Assembly (NCBI GenBank): GCA_040954595.2
Contig: CM082582.2
Span: 13,552,327-13,616,326 of the forward strand
Source: Balanoglossus misakiensis
Lineage: Eukaryota > Animalia > Hemichordata
Length of the DNA: 64,000 nt
Reading direction: 5' to 3'
The notes below the pieces were generated by a model. It was not told where the DNA came from, did no database searches, and worked only from the letters and a program-made list of their open reading frames with translations. Positions 18,501 to 48,585 of the stretch are shown here, piece by piece (the first letter of the stretch is position 1; every line of letters starts with the position of its first letter). The translations under genes were made by a program, and so were the position numbers.

Positions 18501-19482
18501 GACCAAGTGTCCGATTTATCAAAGTCACCCCAAATTCTGGGATAATACATGGCAGTTAAAGTGCTGGTGATGATAACCAAAGCACTATTACCATTCTATC
18601 AACTGCTGTAAATTGTCCTCCTGTCATTAACCATCATAAAAACAACCATTATCTTACACAGCTGTATCTTGCTGGCTGCGTTCAAATTTCTGAATGTCTG
18701 CGTTTTTTTACGGAAAGAATTTATTGAAGTTACCATTAAGTGACGTTGAATGATTTGGTGTTTCCAATCTCTGCTAAATACCAAGACTTGACTCATACCA
18801 CACACAAACCATTTTAGATTTCTTCAGGTTGGAAGTTATTCTGAATTATTCTACACCGCGATCAGTTTTTCATGAACAAATCAAAGATGTTGTGAAATTC
18901 ACTGACAACATGAATGGCTCCCGACTTATTTTTTTGATAAGAAAGTACAAGGTCAGGGGGTCATTGGTGCGGAAAACCTACTATAATCATAGTCTCTGGC
19001 CTTCAACCTTGTTACATGACATTTTGGTGGTCAAAAATACAGTTCTTTGTTTGTGTTTATACAGGTACATGTTCACCATCATTCATAAAAATTATTACCT
19101 GGAGATTCTCATCATTCCTTTCTGGACTTTCTCCATCATTTTCCGCTAATGATGTCACCAAGGCAACTGCATCATCCCGTACTTGAGAACTCACACACTT
19201 TGTAGCCGAGCTGATGTCCTGAGAAATCTGTTGAAGTTGTACAGAGGCCTCCCAGAACGGAGTATCCCGGAATACTGCAACAAATGTGTCTGAGAGCTTG
19301 GCTGCAGAGTTACAGAGAAGGTCCAGAGCATCAAGATACGTTGTGCTGTAGTGCTGCACCCCTTCCAGCTGCGACTTGAAGCTGTCCGGCATACTGGTGT
19401 GAAACAAAGAGCGACTGTGATGCTCCGAGGGTTCAGCTTTGGGTTGTTTAGAAGAAAATAATTGCTTCTTCAGACCTGCCAT
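12572..19482 (-). CDS. GARRE1: GARRE1/KIAA0355 orthologue (granule-associated Rac/RHOG effector, DUF4745 helical N-terminus), about 984 aa
   Basis: 11 phase-consistent coding exons: 19482-19099, 17253-17080, 16771-16640, 16414-16091, 15961-15803, 15564-15356, 15142-14619, 14438-13955, 13817-13653, 13487-13421, 12904-12572. Segments match recalled human GARRE1: YLDALDLLCNSAAKLSDTFVAVFR (human YLDALNVFCRASTFLTDLFSTVFR), VLAKCFL, QLSVNGSVIVLEVPTLW, VEVVYTAKIDL, GPDLVAAINRRRHSSG, KTWPPK. Confidence 0.88.
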
Positions 19483-20311
19483 CACATATCACTTGAAGTA
19501 CCCCTGAAGAGGTCAACTAAGGGCAGCATTTGCCATCAGTTACTTCTATCAACTGCTATTTTGATGATATCAACCTGTTATGGCTTGACACCATTATCTT
19601 TACCATAAACCCACTCACAGTCACAAGAGTTGACAGAGGTCACCTAGGGTTACATCAGTGATGGCGTACTCGTCTGTTTTCTGAAAGAACAACCATAAAA
19701 TACGAGTGATAATGACATACACAAAAATTGAAGATATATATTTAAATCAAATATATTACATGGCTACAGTCGATGACGAAAAATGACACAACATTCCAAA
19801 CCTGTTGTCACAATTTTTACAAATATTATATTACAGCACAACTTATGTTAATTTTATATGGCTTCTTTAATGGAACAGACATACTATGGCATAGATATAA
19901 TTGCTTAATAAACTTTAAGTTGAAATTGGCTTTTTGACCACTCAGTGTAACTGTGAAACGACCTTCTATTATTATAAACAACAATACATATTGAAACTGT
20001 TTCAAGCAGTTTCTGACTGACCTACACAGAACCTTGTGAGTTTGTTTATTTCTATAAATACTAGTAGTAGAATATATGAACACTACAGTCGACGCTATAT
20101 CTGAGTTTCTCCCTTCTGTACAAGTTACAAGATAACTAATTTTGCTGTACGGTTCACTGACAAGTAACAAAATTACAACGTACGATATATTGACCCATGA
20201 CATGACGCGGCTGCTCGTTCTCGCACAATGATTCATGAACGTAAGCAACATACAACGCGTCGCCCGAGTATTTTGAGAGTGTGACATGACACTGACAAGG
20301 AGAAAACTTAC

Positions 20312-20897
20312 AGAATATATCAAACAGCAACCGCGACAGTCGCTTAAAAATTGCTGATACGACTTCCAAATCCAAAATACACAATATTTTGGTCGGTTCA
20401 GTAGTAATACTTTCACATACAGCGACTTTATATGCGCTAAATATAGATATGTAAACTGTGCAAACACCACCTACCTCTAAAAGTTTCAACTCCGGAAGTG
20501 ATTTTACGGAGGTCAGCCATTACATGCATATTATAGCCATATTTGGTCACTGGCTGATTCCATTATTTACTACTCGAGTATCGTCGTTTATTTATCATTC
20601 ATTTTGATATCTCACATCAGATCAACAAAATGTTAGCTTTAAAATAAACAGAAACTTCAGATGATGACTTGCTGCGCTGAAACTAAAAAAAGTAGCCCCT
20701 GCATTGAGTGTAAAGCTTCTTTCGAATTCAGTCCCTCATCTTGAGATCTATGCCTACCCTTTTTGTTGAATCAAGTGGTGACTTCATATTTTACATATTT
20801 GTACACAGATCGCCCCACTTCCGAAGAGTGAGGTTTCTTTCGTCTTTATCGAAGATCATCGGAGATTCGGTTATTTTCACCGCAACCAAGAACAAAA
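20312..20897. promoter_or_regulatory. Bidirectional CpG-rich promoter for GARRE1 (-) and GPI (+), including a probable non-coding GARRE1 first exon
   Basis: Minus-strand donor CT|GTAAGT at 20312/20311 can join the acceptor at 19682-19681. ETS-type CCGGAAGT at 20492-20499 and ACTTCCG at 20817-20823. GPI ATG at 20898. Confidence 0.65.
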
Positions 20898-26697
<5,800 letters not shown>

Positions 26698-27557
26698 CTC
26701 AGCAAAATCTAAACAAAAGTCACCTACAAGGGTACATCTCTGAAATATCAAGATGCTTGAAATAGTTTCATCATGTTGCATGCACTTGTAACTTTGTGGT
26801 TTTTAAGTTTGAATTTTGAAAAGCTCAGTTTTGGAAAAGGAAGGCAGTTACAGTATTCTTTCACATCATAACTAGCAGATAGAAAAGTCTACTATGACAT
26901 GTGCTGATCATGAATTGAACCAAAGCTGAATATAGATATTTTACCATGGTGTCAAATCAGCAAACATTATTCCGATACATAAGGCATACATATGCCAATT
27001 GGTAGAAACATTTAGCCTTTTTTTTCTTGCCTCTAAAGCTAATGACTTTTCTTTAGCTATGTAAGAATTGAGTATGTTACACATATGTGCATGTACTGTC
27101 ATACTTTTTTCTAATATCGTAACATGACTGAATTGATAGAGTCTTTGTGGTACAAATTGTTTTAAGCAGATCCTGTATGATTCTTTGTGACCAAATTAAC
27201 TCGCACCATAATAAGCTTGGAGTGTTGTCCTTAATGTCCGATTTGGGTGACACTGTTTCTAACATCAGAATCTCTTGTGTGACCAATATCCCATAATGCT
27301 TTAAGTTTTGTATTACATATTATTATTTGTATTTATTTCTATATTGAGGCAATAAAAAATGGTGGTGGAATGATTATGTTCTCCAGCTGTCGTTCTTTGA
27401 AAAAAAATCAATTGAAACACGGCATAATTGGTGCTCATAACAACAGATTGCAACATCATTGATGTACAACACCTAAGGAAAACAAAACAAAACACTTCAT
27501 CCATTTTGTCACAAGAGGGCGTTTTGTTAAAAGGTCAACGGAGGTCATGTAACCATC

Positions 27558-29437
27558 ATGGCAGCCGTCACCCTTCGACACATGGGTCGAAGGAACTTCG
27601 CCGATTTCGAAGTATTGTCACAGATCGTCAGACATAAACTGAAAGACAGCCTTGCATCTGCATTCTCAGAGACGTGTGGGAAGCCTAGAGATGTTCAAAC
27701 AGTGCGATTCCTGTGTTCAAAATCGGGAAGTGATGGAGATAAGTTGAAACCGTTCGAGTCATTCTCTGGATCGGATCCCCCCGCGGAGGAAAATGTGAAA
27801 GAATTGCTAGATGGTGCCAAAATACACGGGGACAGTGCAGACGAACTGGATATTGATAAACTCGTACCAGATTTATTGTCTGATGAGGGTCAGCAAATTC
27901 CCAGAGAAAAGAAAAGAAGGGTGGAAAGAACTAGAGTGAGTCCGTCTGATAGGAGTGTGTTCTTGTTCCCAGGCCAGGGGGCGCAGTTCGTTGGCATGGG
28001 AAAAGAGTTGCTTGGCTATCCTAATGTAAAAGATATTTACAGCGTAGCATCAGAGATATTGGGGTATGATCTCTTAGAGCTGTGCTTGAATGGACCAAAA
28101 GAAGAACTTGACAAAACAATCCATTGTCAACCAGCAGTATTCGTCACATCAATTGCTGGTATTCAGAAATTACTACATGAAAATCCATGGGTAAGGACTC
28201 TTAAAGGCATTATGATTATGTTAGAAAAAGTTAAAATATTTTAATAATTTCAGATTATACTTTCTTGGTTCTACGGATACACTTTTTAAAGAGAAAACCC
28301 ATTTATGTTATTTTTTGTTTATTTATTTGTAAATATTTTAGGCAGTAGAGAACTGTATTGCTGCTGCAGGTTTTAGTGTTGGAGAGTTTGCAGCATTGGT
28401 ATTTGCTGGTACAATGGAATTTGAGGATGGTAAGTATTTGTTCCACTGTCTATGATGCTGAAAGATAATTGGCATAGGAAAGAATCTGTGGATTGTGTTG
28501 TTGAGATATGTCAACTATTCCAACTGGATTATGGAGCTTTGTGGGGAAAATATCTTTAAAAGGAGACTCCTTTTATAACAAGATGTATTCCAATCTTCAC
28601 AAATGTTTGTATTCTTTGACAGCTATGAGATTAGTGAAAGTACGAGCAGAAGCCATGCAGCGGGCATCTGAGGTTGTGCCTTCTGGTATGGCTTCTCTGA
28701 TTGGCAGACCAACAACCAGGTATAAATTCCTGTGTGCTGAAGCAAGACATTACTGTGAGAATGTACTGGGTATGGATGATCCAGTCTGTAACATCGCTAA
28801 TTATCTGTTTCCTGATGGCAGGGTCATTGCGGGTAATGTCGAGGTGAGACAAACATGAAAATATTAACCTGTGGGTCAAGATCTATTTGGTGTCACTTAT
28901 TCCCCCTCAATGAGTTAAGAGTGCTGGAATTTTCTGTCTCACAATGCAATTATTTTGCACACTCGTGTTTGTTTATTAGAAATGTCTCATAATGGCTACC
29001 ACTTGACACTGTGTCTAACGTTTCTCATCCTTTATGTACAGGCATTACAGTTCATTTCCGAGAACGCCAAGGAATTTCACATCCGGAATTTCAAGAGACT
29101 CCCTGTCAGTGGAGCATTCCACACGCCATTGATGGCACCGGCACAGCCAGCATTCCGGAGGGCAATTCAAGGCATGAAACTGGAAAAGCCGGCCATATTC
29201 GTGCATTCCAATGTGGATGGAAAACGATACAAAAATATCCATAAACTGAGTCAGCTGCTGACTGAACAGATAGTGAAACCAGTGAAATGGGAACAAACCA
29301 TGCAGATTATGTATGGAAGACATCAGGGAGAAGAATTTCCTCAAACATTTGAAATTGGTCCTGGAAAACAACTAGGTTCACTGCTAACAAGGGTTAATGC
29401 CAAGGCCAAAATGTCTTATTCCAAAGTGGAAGTATAG
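27558..29437 (+). CDS. MCAT: Mitochondrial malonyl-CoA:ACP transacylase (FabD-like), about 445 aa
   Basis: Exons 27558-28190, 28342-28429, 28623-28843, 29042-29437. Arg-rich N-terminal presequence, FLFPGQGAQFVGMG, CQPAVFV, catalytic GFSVGE, VSGAFHT, EIGPG. AATAAA at 29562. Confidence 0.95.
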
Positions 29438-29694
29438 CCTAGGAGAGGAAATAAGTCCTCCAAAACATGCTTTCATGGTTGCCTAGGAACTGAAGAGACA
29501 CTTACCACCAACAAGCCTTGACATTCTGTACCTGAACACACATATTCTTGTATATTTCAGCAATAAAATGTCTTTCAACCAGAAAGATACATGTCATGAT
29601 TGTAACATGTGCAAAGAGTCTGATATTCTAGCACCCACAAAAATATTATTACACAAATGTTTGTGGCTGGAAAAAGTGTGAAACTTCTACTTAC

Positions 29695-30050
29695 CATGCA
29701 CATCAAAGTTTATGTCCGAATCATATCTTTAGTCATGTAGGTTCCGATGTAAATTGGAATATTCCGCGAAGTTGAGAAAGCACACATTCCAGGGATATTG
29801 ACCAAATCCTTTCGTTTTTCCTTGGCAGCTGAGCTTCCAGAAACGTTACATACAAAGCCACAGTCACTACACAACACAACAGACCATTTTCTTGTTTCTT
29901 TGTGTCTTCTTACGGGTGATAAAACAAAAATAGTGCGGACTTAGAGCAGACGACACGTGCACAATCAACATGTCTGCCCTCTACCATGAAACTACCGTAA
30001 GCTGACTTCTATCGTTGGGGGCGCACCCACAAAGATGGCGACATGATGGA
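29695..30050 (-). promoter_or_regulatory. Orphan CpG-rich promoter with a probable non-coding first exon on the minus strand
   Basis: Local CpG enrichment, YY1-type CGCCATCTT on the minus strand (plus AAGATGGCG at 30032-30040), E-box CACGTG at about 29954, and a strong donor ATG|GTAAGT at 29695/29694. No convincing ORF. Confidence 0.45.
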
Positions 30051-30278
30051 GTGATCAGCTTTAGCATTTTCACGTTCTATTTGAATCATAGACAGTAGAG
30101 TCTCTGATTGAATCAAATGTGTCGATTTGACTTTTGCTAATCAAGTACTAGTTCCGTCCAACAATCCAATAACTGAACCAGACATCAATCTCTCTGAATA
30201 AACAGGTACCAACAGAAGACATGTGACATGCCTTCAAGGAACACTTTAAGTCAGCAAATCTGAGAAAAAAGAATAATC

Positions 30279-33221
30279 TTTATTGTCCTTTTAAAAGATT
30301 GGCCTCTACACATATATTACAAGGATTCGACAGAGGAGACAAAACTTTTCTGGTGATTATAAAATGATTAATCTGGAAAAAAATTACATTTTTTTGGTTG
30401 TTTTATTCTTTAAGGTTTCAGTAGCCACATGCTAGTTTATCATAATTACTTGACTGTACAGAGTTTACTGATATGACTTTTAAAATGTTCACACATTAAA
30501 ACCAGAAAGAAAAAAGAAAACAAAAAATCAAGTAAAAATTGACAGTGTTTAGTTTCCAATAACAGTGAGGTGGGTTATAGGACTGATAAATACAATTTAT
30601 GTGATCAGAACATGAAATCAAAGTAATAGATGAACATACGTAACAGCGGTTGGAATGACCAAAATTTACAATCCAAATGATGATTTTTTTTTTACAAAAT
30701 ATGCTATCATTTTCACAGAATTTGATGACTCATGCAAGCCATTTACACCTGACAAATAAAAAACTGATAAGTGACCATGCATCACATAAATAGGAAGGTC
30801 TAACCTAAATACATTAAGTCCAACCTCCTTACTCTTTTAAAAAATATGGTCAAGTCTTTATGAAGAGAAATAGAGGTGAGAGGATTATATTATCCGGGTA
30901 GAACCCAAAATTTTGACAACCCTCTTGTGGTGTTGCGTTTCAGCATTGAAATAACAGCATCATGAATTCAAAACAGAGCCTGGTCACAATAACTTGAGAC
31001 AAAGCCTTGGTCAGGAACAGCCAAGGCACAGAGTTGAACATAGGAGTATCTAAAACTGTATTTCAACAATATTGCAACATTAGATGCTATAAATGCCTGG
31101 TTTTTAAGTCAAAGGGCTGCAGATATCTACTAATGCTGAAATGTTTAACAAATCAGATTTCTAAAATGATTTACTTTTTGCAGAGGTAGGGAGTTCATTT
31201 CACTTGCAGTGTAGGGTGAGTTGACCCTTTCACCACTGTGGTTTGGGCCAAATCCATTGTGAAAGTGTTCACCCTTGAAGGTCAAAATCAAACATGGTCA
31301 TAGACAATTTTTGATGGCTCGCACAACACACCTGCAAAACTTGGAAAGAAGCACTGAATAGATTTTTTGAAATATATCTGATTGATTTCAGTATCTGTCA
31401 TAATGAGTTCAAATGTAAAATTGCATGTCACACTACTGTACACGGATTTCACCCAAAAATAATCTTGAATCTAGCCCTAATTCAGCCACACACCATTGGC
31501 ATGGCAACACGCGGCGACGCCCCAGTGTTTTTCACACAAAAAAGCGAATATCGGTTTTGTTCATTTGTAAGAATGTCATGTAAATAAACTGAAAATAATG
31601 TTTTACAGAGTGACTGCTTCTTTGACTTTGTAAAGCACTACAGCATACCCCTTTTATAACTGACTTGTTCTAGTGTATGATATGAATTTAGAATGCAATA
31701 AATTTAAAACAAAATAACACCTGCTAGATTACCTGAGGCAGTGGAAACATTTTTTTTTCTGCTAGAATACGACGAGTAGCCAGGATTGTCACTGGACAAC
31801 AAGACTGAAAAAATATTTGAACATAATTATGTAAGCATGCATCTGATTGACCAGAAGCAAGGTCAGTGTTGAGTCACAACGTACGAATAAGAGCGACTTC
31901 AACAGAGTTGTTCTGCAAATGCTCCCAAAACCTACAATTTTCACTCAACTTGCCCTAAGATAATAAGCACATTGAACTGAGTGTGAAAACAAAATATCTG
32001 GGAGTTAAGCTGTTTCAGATGCGTGACGATCAAGTTGTATGATCTGGTTTGTACTGATTATTACGGTATATTCCAATCTGAAGACATAGCAGATAACATA
32101 TACAGATAGATATTTTCATATGTAGGCGCATTATTGGAATGCTGCCATGACTTTCATAGGTCTTTCAGAAAGCTACTTGTATATAGTGACTTGCTCAGCC
32201 ATCAAAAATACTGAATTTCACAAAAGATGTAACTGTAATACGAATATAATGATAAATCCACCAAGAAATGCATCTCTCCTTTCTTTCATAGGAGAAGCAC
32301 AAAAGAAAAAAAATCAACTAGGCCATGTAAGTAAGTATAACAGTATAACATATAGTGCTTCTTTTTTCTCAAAAAAAAAGGAAAAAAAGTTTAGTGATAG
32401 TTATAATCTTTTTTGAGGGGTTACAGCATCCATCAGATTTTGGCGCACCATGATTCCCCCATAACCGTCATATAATTTTTTCATGTTTTCTTTTTTTAAA
32501 TGTTTTTTTTTTTCGTGTTTTGTATCAAAGATTTCCTTCTTTAAAACTACAGAGGTCATCTACAATTCCTACTTAAAATAACTTTTTTTTCAATCTCTTG
32601 ACAACTGCGAAATGCAAATGTAACTGTAACATTGTAGTCAGAAAAACCAGGAAATGTTGGTGCAAAACGTCACAAGACATTTAGGAGAAGAAAAAAAAAA
32701 AGAGTATTCAAGCCTTGTTACACAAGCAACCTTTCTCGGGCACAAAACAGTCTCGGAATATTGCAAAAAAAAAGGGAACAACACAAAACAGTCATTGGAC
32801 TTGATAAATGTACATCTATGGTTGATGTGGCAATCCTGACATACACCAATTTGAAAAGCTCGGCTGTACCTCTGTGTTCTCATGTAAAAATACAACTGAC
32901 AATCAACAAAATATACACTGCCCTACTGATGTACAATGGCTCAAACAGACAAAAAAATTACACAGATTGCATATCAGACAAGGTCTCCTTTTTACATTTC
33001 ATGTAATTACATAGTAGACAATCAATGATTCTGACAACTAAAATCTGATAATGCAAAAAAAAAATCTTGCACTTGAGTTTTTATATTTTTTTTTAGCATT
33101 TACTTCACTCAGAAGGCATATCAAGGGGCCTTGCTGAGAGTTCTCTATTTCAGGCTGCTAAAATGCAGCAGTATGATTTCAATTTTAAGAATTGCTATAA
33201 ACATACATTTTTCCCTCCCCC

Positions 33222-33264
<43 letters not shown>

Positions 33265-34525
33265 CCATACTCCTCCCCACAAGGAAGAAACAGTCAAAAT
33301 GTCCTTTCTCCCCATACCTCACACATGCAAATACTTTCACACATCTTGATATGACAGAGATAAAACTGACAATAGTGACATTCCAATGTGCTAGGGACAG
33401 ACAAAAAAGGTGTCATCTTTGCACAAATCACATTTCATCACTCCGGGAAATTCCCCTTTCCATCTGAGGTCTCCCAAAAGGCAAGGATTGGTATCTCCAG
33501 TCATTTTACAAGTTCCACTCATTTGGTAGCAAATTGACAGACTGGAAAAACAAAACATAGCATTCTGACATTGTCCCTAGCAACGCATCACTCTTCAACG
33601 GTTTCTCAATTTCAAAATTCATCAAGCATACAGAATAAACAAAACATTGTTTGTACTTTATCTTTTTTTAGGCTAGTTTCTGTAGTACCTAAGTACATAA
33701 AAATGTAAATTATAAAAAAGAACAGAAAACAAGTACTATACATGTGGCTTTCTTTTCTTTACAGTTTGGACTTTCTCGCTTTTTTTTATTTGTATTATTT
33801 CAGTTTGAACAAGAAAACTTATTTATAACCTTCGGAAGATTTGACTGACAGATACATGAGCACTGTATTTGGTGTCTTCCCTCCAATCTCACAATGATGA
33901 GTGTACAAAAACCCTGCTCCATGAGTTGTCCTGTCATTTCTCACAACTTACTCAATAAGGCATCTAAGTATATTTTTTTTAACAATTGTTTTGTTTTTTA
34001 CACCGTACTGACATCATGAATGAGAAGTCAGTCAGTTTGAAATCAGAACTGGTCACAGCTACTTTCTTGAGTAAACTCTTCTCCACTCGGAGTGCTTTCT
34101 TGTCGTTTTTTTTGCAGACAATGATTATTTTTTTCTAGCATACACCATCCTGTCTGGTCCTGGGTTACAAACATGATACGTAACTCTTGCAAAACCACTT
34201 CTGTTGTTTGGTTGACAGAAACCTCCAGCTTCATGGCCGATGCTATGGGAAGGGAAACGCACAGAAAAATTGACAAACTCCAATGTGGTGAACTCTATCA
34301 GAAGTCGCTGCGGCATACTGGCCCGTCTCTTGTATACTTCATATTTGACAGAGTTCAATGTCGAGTTTGGTTTCCCCAGGAAAAAAATTGGCCAACTTAG
34401 GAAAACTTATTTCTTTATCCTTAGGTTGGATATTGCACTCAAGGTCTGTTGTTGATGGTGATGTGATGACGATAGTGTCTAAAAACGGCTGGCCCCGAAA
34501 TCTGGATGGCCATCAGTGATAATCC
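30279..34525 (-). other. Long (about 4.2 kb) U-rich 3' UTR of TENT4
   Basis: Follows the TAG at 34526. Many U-tracts on the minus strand, no recognisable coding exons, and a minus-strand AATAAA at 30284-30279. Confidence 0.55.
33212..33262. repeat. Compound poly-C/(CT)n/(CA)n microsatellite
   Basis: Directly visible run of C, then CT repeats, then CA repeats. Confidence 0.9.
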
Positions 34526-46094
<11,569 letters not shown>

Positions 46095-48585
46095 CCAAAC
46101 TACACTGTTCGTGAGAATTATAGCGATGATATGGACCAGAAACCGTCGATAAAATCCTCCTCGAAAAGCAGAGAGATCCAGTCAGCAAAAGTTGAAAATG
46201 GCCGACTTGCACACTGCACAGCAATGCTGCGCATGATTGTAGCCGACATTTCGTCCATTCATTAGGCCCTGGACTCTGAATGCAATATTATTTTGCAGCA
46301 AAACTCGTGTCGCGTTTGAATATTCCGTCGACAATGTTAGCAAAATTAACCAGCTATCGTAATTTTTACATTTAATAGAAAATAACCAATTATTCATTTG
46401 CATTTCGTGTTCTCTTATCATTAATAGGTCTAACATAGCAACCTTCTAATCATTAATATTCATAATATAGGTAGGTTTAAAGTTCAAATGTACCTTCTGA
46501 TTGGTTGATTTCTGGGTCATAAGGGGGCGTTCTTTGTCGGCTTCTTGCTTTGATTAGGCAATGTCTGACCGAAAGAAATTGATTGACAAGTTGTTTACCA
46601 TACATGCTGTGACTAAAAGCTGGATCTCAAATTGACGCACTTTTTAAAAATAATTTCCTCACAACAACAAGAAAATTAACATTCTTTGTAAATCTTGGCT
46701 TCAAAATCCATACCACTCTTTATATCTCTTATTTTAAACAAAACTACTTGTTGCCAACTGACTATGATTTTGTATACAAGGGAAATACTGTAAGGACAAC
46801 CAACCAAACATGACAAATCTAATGAAAAGAGAGATCCCAAACAACTCTCTAGCTGTCCTATACATCTGCATGTGTTTGCCTAAAACTGACCTTTCACACC
46901 TACAACTCTGTTTGTGTTGGGGAAGGTCACAAACTGGATGACTAATGCACAAACTATAAGTATCAGCTGAAGTTTACTGTAATGACACCCATCATAAGGA
47001 ACTATTTTGCTGTTGTTTTATCTTTCAATACTGAATACATAAAACTTTTTCATTTTATAGAGAAACAAAATGTGGGGTTAAGTGCAGAGTCATCACTTTC
47101 TACCATATGTATATGAGTTTTACAACTGAGGTGGACATCCAAGAAGAGAACAGCGAAGAACTAGCAAATGTAAAGATCAAATCAACTCTTTAATCAGATT
47201 GTGCCAAGCCTCAACACAAGAAAGCAGGCAGGGGAGGATAGATATTTTCTGAGGACAAGAGCATGATGATAACTGGTTCACTTGTGGCATGCCACCATAA
47301 AATTATTTTTACATAGTACTTTTGTAATTTTTTGCTGCAATAAATAAATTCTGCTTTATAAAACACTGACCAATCAAAAAAAGGAGAGAATTTAAAATAT
47401 GTACATCCCTGTGACACAGATGGCTGCCTTTTTAAAAGGTGATGACCTATGTCTTGTTCCGGAGTTCAGACTACCCAACTCTGTTTAGTACCTGTTTGTT
47501 CTTAAAACAACATTTCCACCTGTGCAGCTATATTTTATGTTACCGTACCGACCTCAATATAGTCCGCTTTACAACAGCATAGCTGGAAGTCAGTGAACCT
47601 CTCCGGGATCATACAATAGTCATTAATAAAAAAAAGGGGGACATAAAAAGAATCTGGGTCTACTTGTTTGAATATTAATCAACAACTGGCTCATAAATAT
47701 TAATAATGACCACACCTACTGACCCTTGATTGGTTGTACTATTCATGAATTATCAGGTCTGGTTAAAGCCCCATGAACTGCAACTTTTAGAACCGTCTTA
47801 ATTAATTAATGGGCTGTGTCTGAAGACGGTAGCTCAAAAGGGTGTTCATGGAACACCTTTGGATGTGGAGTATCCAAGCACACAAAAATATGCATAATCA
47901 TCACACATACTGACATACACACATTCTTCATCAGCCATGACTTCATAGGGTTTTTTAAATAATTTTCAACAAACTTAATTTATTTCAGAAATAATAAAAT
48001 GTGCCATTACTACTATTATATCAGGTTACCTGCCATTCTTTTGGCCTTGCCTCATTAATAAATAGACATCACGGTCACCGACCTTTATTTCTACAATACC
48101 GGTACTTTACTCTGACCTTGTGGAGGTCAGCAGTTCTGAGGCTTATTCAACAGATTGACATTGAACTTGTAACTGAATAACGCATTAGTCTTTTGCAAAA
48201 TACTCCTTAACAAGCCAAGTAGAAAAGAACGCACTGATTGACAAATCTCAGAGTTCCCTTTTTTGCATTTTAATTGTCGTTTGTGACAATGGCATTATTT
48301 GAGTAATTTGCCTGAAATCGTATAGTCTGGTATCCAGACTAGATATCTAATGATTATATTTCTTTACTTAACCTCCTGTGATAGCATCCACAGAAATATA
48401 TTTATTTCAAAATAGACTGTCCCTTCACATTTGCCTGGGTGACTTTCACTTTACATGATTCAATTGCTAAAATCTTATTGGCCCAAAATTTCTGACATGG
48501 TCTCCGGTGGAGAGGGTAGCACTCTGATATGAGACAGATATTAACATCAGATGAGAACAGCTGACTGACACAATTACAGTTGATG

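Noticed and set aside
19826-20470. 214-aa minus-strand ORF upstream of GARRE1
   Set aside because: Non-ATG start, no homology recognised, and it overlaps the promoter, UTR exon and intron.
30043-30110. ATGATGG...CTGA with a small internal hairpin
   Set aside because: Imperfect C box and not intronic on the plus strand; more likely a small palindrome.
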